Positions 54,460 through 64,000 of a DNA stretch of 64,000 nt are shown here, piece by piece. Location of the stretch: contig OX597822.1 in NCBI GenBank assembly GCA_951406725.2, forward strand, positions 1,302,001 to 1,366,000, written 5' to 3'. Made by a program: the position numbers and the translations under genes. Positions within the stretch are counted from its first letter, which is position 1; every line of letters begins with the position of its first letter. Under the pieces are notes generated by a model that saw nothing but the letters and a program-made list of their open reading frames with translations, was not told where the DNA came from and did no database searches. This stretch comes from Octopus vulgaris (Eukaryota).

Positions 54460-54635
54460 AGCTTCTTTTTTTCTCTCCTTGTTTCTCTCCTTGTTTTTCT
54501 GTGTCCCTTTCTGTAGAAGAGCGTAGGTTCGAAACGTAAAATACTTTTTCAATTCCTGAGTGTTATACTAATACATCTGTTTGTTTTGTACACCACCTGT
54601 CTTCGTCTTTTGTATTTTTCGTAAACTCTCCCTAT
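54460..54635 (+). mobile_element. PLE terminal-repeat element family H1 with CUGUAGA hammerhead-like motif at 54507-54542
   Basis: Reverse complement of 49383-49560; TTT-CTGTAGA-A-GAGC(GTAG)GTTC-GAAA-CG-TA-AAA. Confidence 0.7.
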
Positions 54636-54670
54636 ATATGTATATATATATATATGTATATATATATATG

Positions 54671-54717
<47 letters not shown>

Positions 54718-54991
54718 ATGTGTGTGTGTGTATGTGTGTGTGTGTATGTGTGTGTGTGTGTGTGTGTGTGCAAGCTTAAAAGACGCCCTTTCGGGCGATT
54801 GAAAAGACCTTCAGATGAGTTCGCAGAGAACACATACGCTGTTACTAATTGTTATATATGAAATTGATAATCAACCGTCAACATAAGTGACCATACATTG
54901 AACTCTAATAAATTCTATGATGTGTACAAACAATGTTGCTATGGATCTGAGATAAATATACATCTCTTAAGTTTAGCTTAAGAAGTTTGTA

Positions 54992-55205
54992 TAAGGCGGT
55001 GAGGTGGCAGAATCGCCACCACGCTGAGCAAAAATCTTAGCAACATTTCGTCCGTCTTTACGTTCTTGGCTCAAATTCTGCCGATGTTGACCTTACCATT
55101 CATCCTTTCGGGGTCGATAAAATATCTACCAGTCGAGGTCTAGGTTTGATGTAAATCGACAAGTCCCTTTTTCGAAATTGCTCGCCTTGTGCCAATATTT
55201 GAAAC
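54992..55205 (+). mobile_element. SINE family C
   Basis: AAGGCGGTGAGGTGGCAGAATCG..TCAAATTCTGCCGA.GTTGAC.TT.CC.TTCATCCTTTCGGGGTCGATAAA. Confidence 0.75.
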
Positions 55206-55269
55206 CAGTAATTTTTATGGTGTATGGAAATCGTGCAGCCGTAGGTGTGAGATAAATATGTGCAGATGT

Positions 55270-55416
55270 GTCTATGTGGTAAGAAGCATGCTTCTCAACC
55301 ACGCCCTCCTGGGGTCAGTGCCACTGTGTAAAACCTTGGGCAAGTATCTTCTACCATTGCTTCGAACCAAAGCCTTGTGAGATGATTTTGAATTGGGAAA
55401 CTGAAAGAAACACGCC

Positions 55417-55480
<64 letters not shown>

Positions 55481-55685
55481 TTGTGCCTGTCAACCACAGC
55501 CACTCAACAGCCGGTTCTGGGGTGTTTACGATCCCGTAACATAGCGGCTCGGCAAAACAGACCGACAGAACAAGTACCAAGCTTTAAAAAGAAAGTCCCA
55601 GTGTAGATTTGTTCGACTGAAACCCTAGCATGGCCTCAGTCAAAACAAATGACTGAAACAAGTAATAAAATAAATAAATAAAAGA
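55270..55685 (+). mobile_element. SINE family A (diverged)
   Basis: Head TGTGGTAAGAAG..GCTT, internal (GT)n, tail AAATGACTGAAACAAGTAA-(AAAT)n. Confidence 0.8.
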
Positions 55686-56547
55686 ACTATAAAGTGTGCC
55701 TTAATATTAGAGGTTAGCAGCATCCCATAACTTCTTAAACATGAAGGCTTGGAATCTTAGACTGGCCGGAAATAAAGCATTTTACAAAAGTTTATTGTTA
55801 TAGTTTAGCCCAAGCCTGTCCTGCTCCAAAAAATTTTAGCAATAAGCATTCCTCACCTAACGCTTTCGCTGATTTTAGATCTGAGTCTGGAGAATCCAAG
55901 GTATATTTCCTTAACTTTCTTTTTTTAGGAAGATAGAATGTAATCCGGCACCGCTTGTTATGTGAGGTGATTATTTCACATCCTTTATGTTGGCATTTAA
56001 ATAATATTGCTATTACTTCTGGAGTAAGTAATAACCAGCTTTTCCATGCGTGTATATGTATTCTCTAATGGATAAGATGGGACACAAAAGTGAAATTCTA
56101 GTTTTCTTTATTTGAAAGCTTCCCTTCGTCTATAACCACGTTATGTTTTCTCTACTTCATTGCAAGCCATTTTAGAGGTTTCTGATAGGAAAGCTAATCT
56201 TGTGTAGCAATCAAAATTTCTTCAGTTTCTACTTTGAGTCCTGCATACTCAGTTAATTCTACGGTATTCGTTTGACTATTTCTGCATAGTTTAAATCATG
56301 TTGGAGTTTTTCCTCACCATAGCTCTATGCTGTGGCTCCATTTTGAGTTTAGATTTTGGCTCTTTAAAAATTTTATTGTCGTTTTCCACTTCCTCCAATA
56401 AATATTTATTACAGCTTCTCTTGCGCATAGGTTTCCATGAAAAGAATGTTGTATGTGTGCGTGCGAGTGGTTGGCTGGATTTCATTTGTTTTGTAGCTAT
56501 TTGTATCGGAATCCCATTGCTTTTTTGAGATATTTCATTTAATTTTA

Positions 56548-56619
<72 letters not shown>

Positions 56620-56743
56620 TTCTCAATGCAGACCTTTATTTCACTGTGTCGCAAAGCTCATCTCCGTGTACATCAGGTGTGTATTGTGTGTAACACTCTC
56701 TATTCCCTTATCACTTCCTAATATCACCCACAATGTTTCAATG

Positions 56744-56815
<72 letters not shown>

Positions 56816-56989
56816 GTGCATGTGCATGATGTACATATAATTCATGTAGTTGTCTACTTCAATATTTTATATACCCTTGTGTGCATGCCTTATTTCAACA
56901 CGCACAAACACACAAACAAATACATACATGCATACATATTATTATTATCATTATTATTATCATCATCATTATTATCATTATTATTATTA

Positions 56990-57074
<85 letters not shown>

Positions 57075-57344
57075 CGTTTATTATATGCAACGTGCATGAA
57101 TACCTTTCAATTTCTGGTAAATTTATTTGCTAAACAGTTTGCAGACATATGCGTATAAGCCTCATCTCATGTAGTAATTAGCACATAAAAAATAACGAAG
57201 AGAAAATAATCATTTGCAGACAACGACAAAAAAACTGCATAGGTAAATATTTATGGTTTACATGTATTTCTTTATATTTCTTAATTATTGTATTAGACTA
57301 TTGTACCAAGGTCGTGTATCTGCTTCTGGTAATGGTTACGTGAA

Positions 57345-57621
<277 letters not shown>

Positions 57622-58382
57622 GTGTGGCGATACTAGTGTTTCCGTGTCGTAAGATATTTATTAATCATATCAAATCGCGTAACCGTTCTAATGACTAAGT
57701 GCAAACATTGACTAATTTCTTAGCTAAGGATCTCATATTTTCTATATATAATAAAATGTTACACTTTGATCTTAACCAAAAGCCCAAAATCGATAATTCA
57801 TAAAAGAGATAGTACATATCACCCTCTGCGAATGATGGCACACTATGTATATATATATATAAAATCATAGACACCTGCGCTATGGGAAGTGACAGCTATG
57901 TCTCATAAAATGTTTACTTGGTCAATGGGTGGTTTAATCTTAGATATCTATAAATATATATCCATATTATATACAAAGCTTTGAAAGATTCACATGTAGT
58001 TATCATTATTTCAAAAGTTATTTTATCATGGTATTCTTCATAAAACTGCAGCATATCCAAAGATTTCAAAGTTATACATCGTTATTTATGAACATACTGT
58101 TCCAGTTTTCTCGTTATTTTGACGTAATATAATCTTTAAAACTCATACCAACTCACTCACATTTTAATTCTCCTACTACCACTCACTATTTCTTGTTTGC
58201 CAGTTAGTGAGTGTGGCTTCGTGCTTATGTAATCACGAGTGGACATGACATACTTTTGACTCTCCCACCCTTGACCAAGCAGAATATCGAAGATTTGACA
58301 GCTGGAGGGAAAAAGGACGATACCACCATTGGGCTGGTATTTAATTTCAGTTGAGTAAACTGGAGCAATGGGAAATGAAAAG

Positions 58383-58434
58383 CCTTATTTAAGGATACCC
58401 GAACCATTCCTTATTTAAGGATACCCGAACCATT
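58383..58434. repeat. perfect 26-bp tandem duplication inside a decayed SINE
   Basis: CCTTATTTAAGGATACCCGAACCATT x2. Confidence 0.9.
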
Positions 58435-59297
58435 CGGTCTCGAAATCGAAAAGATTACCTAATGTGCATTAGCTCCAAATTTTTGAAGTAAACAATTTTG
58501 GAAATTTTGGAAATTTTGGCCGCCTGGGTAGATACAGTATGGCCGAATGATCAAATATTTCACCTCGAAATCAAGAGATTCTTGATTCGATTCCACTGCG
58601 TGGCATCTTGGGCAAATGCCTTAGTCTACATCCACGAAACAAACTGTAACTTGGGGCAAAATTAAGTAGACACAACCGTAAAGGATCTTTAGTTTAGAAA
58701 CTGCAACCGTGTCACACAGTGTCATACTGATTCTGCATGTGAAAGAGGTAGACATGGGTGTGGAATTCTCAGATACATTTTAATTGAAGAGCACGTAATT
58801 CAGTTGACCAAACAGTTTGCATCGGGAATGACGTGAATGAGACCTACAATTACTGTTCTCTGGTGTGTCAACCATCTCGTTCCTATTGTCCTTTCTGTAA
58901 TCTGTAATAAGAATAAACTAATCCTTAGTTACAATGATTAGAGGCTAATTTGCAGTCTGCGGCGATATTCTATGAATGATTCAGAAACGTTATGTTATTT
59001 TAGCAGATGCTTATTGCTTCAAGACATGTAGTCTTGAAGAACCTTATCAGCTGAAACAATGCTGTAATAGAAAGCAGGACTAAAAGAGCGGAACAAACAT
59101 ATAGAATCTGACACACATAAAGATCGAATTATACACGTAGATTGATCAATAGATAAATTAATAGACAGATACATTGATAGACAGATAGATAGATAAATAG
59201 ATGGACAGATACACAGACAGATATTTTGCTTGCTAGAAGGACAGTGAGACAGGCAGAAAAATAGATAGACAGACAGACAGACATACGGATATATATA

Positions 59298-59624
59298 TTC
59301 TTTTATTCTTTTACTTTTTCAGTCATTTGACTACGTCCATGCTGGAGCATCACCTTAAAGTATTTTAGTCGAAGAAATCGCCCCCCCCCAGGACTTATTT
59401 TTTGTAAGCCTAGTACTTGTTTTATCGGTCATTTTTGCCGAACCGCTAAGTCACAGGGACGTAAACACACGAACATCGGTTGTCGGGCGATGGACAAACA
59501 CAGACACAAAGATATACATGCATACATATATATATATATATAACTTAGATAAAACTTGTTTCGACCAAAGATTGGTACAGGCCATGTCTAACTTAATAGC
59601 ACCACCTGATATATGTATATATAC

Positions 59625-59690
<66 letters not shown>

Positions 59691-59802
59691 CGGGCTTCTT
59701 TCAGTTTCCGTCTACCAAATTCCCTTACAAGGCTTTCGTCGGTCCGAAGCTATAGTAAAAGACACTTGCCCAAGGTGGGTACCATGCAGTGTGACTGAAC
59801 CC
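59298..59802 (-). mobile_element. SINE family A
   Basis: Tail, body and head match other copies; interrupted internal microsatellite. Confidence 0.8.
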
Positions 59803-61158
59803 GATATAGATAGATAGATAGATGGATAGATAAATAGATTGGTAGGTAGGTAGATATCTACTTTACACTATAAATGTTGTAACAGGTTAAAGAAAACAAA
59901 ATGGGAAAGTAATTTGGAGTTTCGGTCATAAGTACATCAAAATTTCTTTTGCAGAGGAATAGATTATGAGCGAATATATCGCATCAATGACCAAGTTTGA
60001 ACTTGGTCTAAACAACAACAACAACAGAGATAACAGCCCCAAAAAGTTCTGCTAAATCATTACTAACTTTGGGTTGAGTAGTAACCGCCATAATAGGTCT
60101 GCTGGATCTCAGTTGATCTTCTGTTTAGCACCAATAACAACAACGTTGTCTAACTTTGCTCAATCAGAACGTACTAGATCTTTGGTTAAAAAATAACAGC
60201 AGGGCCTCGGCTAAACAACACCAGCACCAACAACAACACCTATGTAACCACCTCTACCAATAGCAACATTACCATCACTACCACCGCAACATCACCACCA
60301 CCAAGAATAGCAACAAGAACAACTATAACAATAGTCTAGAATTATGGCTGAACAGGAGCCAAACAAATACATTAATCTCACATCACATTATATCATTATA
60401 TCACACCATATCACACTGCTAAGATGAATCGAATCTGTTGAAGATTTCTTTCAGCTTCTGTATATCCTGCACCGCCCACATTCATCAAATAATCCATTTA
60501 AACATTGTTAATTCACACTAGCAAAGCAAGGCGCCATTTATATTCGTTTTTCCTCTTCATTTATTCAATGTTCACATTTTCTAATATCATTAATAGCTTT
60601 TATTATTTTTATTTGCTCTCCAATAATTCCTTTATAGATATCGTACTTTCGTCTCTTTGTTTCGTTTGTTTTTGCATTGTAGTTCGTTTGTATGTGAGAA
60701 TGTCTGTTTAATGTGTGTGTGTGTGTATGTATATATAGGTACACTTTATATGTATGCACACATATTCATATGTGTAAATATTTGTGTGTATATATGTGTA
60801 TGAATATATATGTATGTTTATTTTACGATGTATTAATGACAATAAATCACTAAATTCTAATAGCAATGAAAATTTTAAAACTAAAAATTAAAAATTTCAC
60901 AAAAATTAAACAACCAAAAATCAAATGTAATCGAAGCAGAAGAAAGAAAAAAAACTCTTAACTCAAACAACAGGGAAAATGGCTCCCGACGTCCAGTTTA
61001 AAATATTTTTTCGCCTCTTTAAGTATCGATTTAACAATATGGCGTAGTTGTAAATTTGCTTTTATATGTTACACAATTTGTGACATTTTCTTTCGTTGGT
61101 CAATAGAGATTTCTCATACTTTGATATATAAGACGTACATACACACACACACACATAA

Positions 61159-61191
<33 letters not shown>

Positions 61192-61230
61192 AATAGCAAC
61201 GATGACATATATATATATACATATACACAC

Positions 61231-61298
<68 letters not shown>

Positions 61299-61622
61299 AT
61301 ATACATATATATATATACATATATATAAATATATATATTTGTTTACTGCATTTTCTTTTTCTTTGCTTACTTAAAATAATATTCCCCGTTTCCTCTTGTT
61401 TTTCCTTTTTATTGTTCAACTAATTTTCGCATCATCTTACTCTGTATGTGGTAATCTTCTTTGCTTAATGCTTTCTAGTATTTTCTCGCTTCCCCATAAC
61501 TGATCCCACGTCTCTCACATTAAATATTTAGTAGTCCATCCATTGAATTTTACTTACTTTTAACCCGCCATTTCTGCAACGTTATATAATATTAATATTC
61601 TACTATTGCTATTGTTTTGATG

Positions 61623-61654
<32 letters not shown>

Positions 61655-61912
61655 GGTAGTGGTAATGGTACTCTTGTTTGTTGCTTTTACCGTTGTCCTT
61701 GTTGTTGTTGTAAGTCTTGTTGTGACAGAGACCGGTAGATTATTGGACACTGCCAATGTAAATTCACTTAAGTGTATCTACGTTCTGAGCTTCAAATGTC
61801 GCCAGGGTCATATGTGCCTTGTATTAACTTTTTTTCTTTTTAATTCGGTTAGCAAGAAGTGAGTACGATGCAAGACCCGGAGTCAGTATAAGGAATTGCA
61901 ATCTTCAAATAA

Positions 61913-62030
<118 letters not shown>

Positions 62031-62619
62031 TCGTTATTAATATTATTGTTGAGTGAGAGAGCGATGCATGCCATGAAAGTGACACTGAGCTAAAATATAC
62101 GAAACCCTGTATACCCATCATAACTACCCGTCTGATACACCAGGCACATGCATCACAACCATATGTACACGACATGGTGATCTCTTTTCAAAATAAACAG
62201 CGCATGACCTTGCAGGTGAGGCCCAGTTAGAATTTTTTTCAGGTTGACTAGCCCATCCCGCTGGAAAGTTCCCTGAATAATGGTTGCTTAAGGATGTTGA
62301 ATGAAACACTCATATTTCGAAAGGTGAATTATTCAAATCCCAAAGAATTCCTTTCAACACATGGTTATGATGCTCTCCAATTACTTCTGCTCGCACCAGA
62401 GATGCACATATTGTCAGTCACCAAGGGACATGCTCAACTTGTTAATGTCAAAAAAGTGACAAACAAATCTGTGGTATTGAGCAGAATATTTGCCATAGCC
62501 CATCTTTTACGCCAAGACAAAATATGTACATTATAACACGTCCAATCATTTAAGATCAGAAGACATGAGAGCCAGTGGCTGGTACTGCATCAGTTATTAT
62601 TATTATTATTATTATTATT

Positions 62620-62680
<61 letters not shown>

Positions 62681-62682
<2 letters not shown>

Positions 62683-63273
62683 TCCACCTTAGCGAAGACG
62701 GAGGTATTGTTTTCAGTCGTGTTTGTTGGTTTGTTTGTCCTTGGACAAAATATCTCAAGAACCGGTGGATGGATTCGGATGAAACTTTCAGGGATGTTTT
62801 TCCCCGTGACTCGCACGCACTGATTAGATTTTGGGATAGATCCGGTACCGGACAAGGATTCTGGATTATTTGTTATATTTACTTTACTTTACATGATTAC
62901 GATCATAAGTTAACTTTCAAGTCTTTTTCAATTATCGCCCCTTAGGCTGTAACTATTTGGAATGGTGAATTTGTTAACTTTGGCTCGTATTAGATAAGAA
63001 TAAACTATATATAACTGCTACTAAATTTTCTGCTGCCACCTTCACATTCCATGAATACCTTTGGGATCGATCAGGTACCGGACAAGGATTCTGGATTGTT
63101 TTTCCGGTTTTTTACTTAATTTTTGAGACCGGTCGGGTTCCTTTTTAGTATTCTCTTTTGCGAGAGCAATCGATTTTATTTAAGATATTCTCAATTTAAA
63201 ATCATCTCTGGTTACTCGTTGAGAGGACGTTGGTGTTGCGTTAGTGGAGGTTTGCGCTCTCTATGTCCTCTTG
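62681..63273 (+). mobile_element. Helentron-associated non-autonomous element (HINE/DINE-1-like)
   Basis: 5' CTCCACCTTAGCGAAGACGGAGGTATTGTTTTC..TGTTTGTTGGTTTGTTTGTC..GGATGGATT..GATGAAACTTT; 3' GTGGAGGTTTGCGCTCTCT (subterminal inverted CTCCAC/GTGGAG). Internal repeat GGTACCGGACAAGGATTCTGGATT x2. Confidence 0.65.
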
Positions 63274-63276
63274 CTA

Positions 63277-63347
<71 letters not shown>

Positions 63348-63353
63348 GTTATT

Positions 63354-63384
<31 letters not shown>

Positions 63385-64000
63385 TTATTAATATTATTAT
63401 TATACTCAATGTCTAACGCTCTTCTTACCAAGAAGAGAAATCTTTATTGTTGCTTTTTTTTTTATAATTGTTATTATTTTTGTTGTTGAGAAATGAAACA
63501 AATTTAAAAAAATTAAAACTTCGTGATAAATCTAGATACATACATAAAATTTTTAAGAGGCGAACAAATAGTGTGTGAAAAACTCTAACTAGTACCCGAT
63601 ATAAATATAGTTTTACCTCAGTTTCCCGATGTACCTCTGTCAATACTATGCATATTTGAGAGGTCTTCGTAGCCGTTCACAGTTGTGTAAATCTCCAAAA
63701 TATGACATCAGTGGTATCCTGGTGCTCAGCACGCCCGTTGCAAGGTCAAAGTACTTTAGCCAGCGAACAACAACAATGACAGAAAAGGGAGGAATGTCTC
63801 CATAAAAACCTCTTTTCTCTTCTGTGTACTCACTAAAATGTTTTTGGGAGTCTTAATAAGAAACCACGTAAAATCTACCATCAAGTTGAACCTCATCTTC
63901 CTTCCTCATTTCTTCATCACACAAGTGTCGTTTTATATATAACAACGCTTCGCTGATCTTGAAATTTTAGATTTCCAGATGTTGAGAAGCTTGTGATGCG

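Noticed and set aside
63600-64000. Possible exon or gag fragment at the window end
   Set aside because: Short frames with no recognisable motif; cannot be supported.

Overview
AT-rich, microsatellite-saturated eukaryotic DNA with no recognisable host protein-coding exon. It is probably intergenic or a very large intron of a cephalopod (Octopus-like) genome, inferred from the repeat families and not from a database match. Almost all ORFs in the supplied track are artefacts of (TA)n, (CA)n, (TATC)n, (TACA)n and (TAA)n repeats. The real coding remnants are all transposable elements: a Tx1/L1-type LINE fragment, an R4/Dong-type LINE sitting in (TAA)n, a CR1-group RT LINE with a 511-aa open frame, two decayed mariners, a decayed pogo/Tigger, and several Penelope-like element (PLE) fragments. 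Non-coding elements include about 20 tRNA-derived SINEs of at least 4 families, two copies of an RTE-derived non-autonomous retroposon embedded in (ATGT)n, a Tc1 MITE, a Merlin-like MITE carrying telomeric repeats, a head-to-tail Helitron pair and a Helentron-associated element. The most notable hidden layer is about 10 type-I hammerhead ribozyme motifs of several families inside PLE terminal repeats. These include a family with a recurrent non-canonical CUGU core and pairs arranged as divergent inverted repeats. Ribozyme activity and family assignments are inferences from manual motif and pairing inspection.
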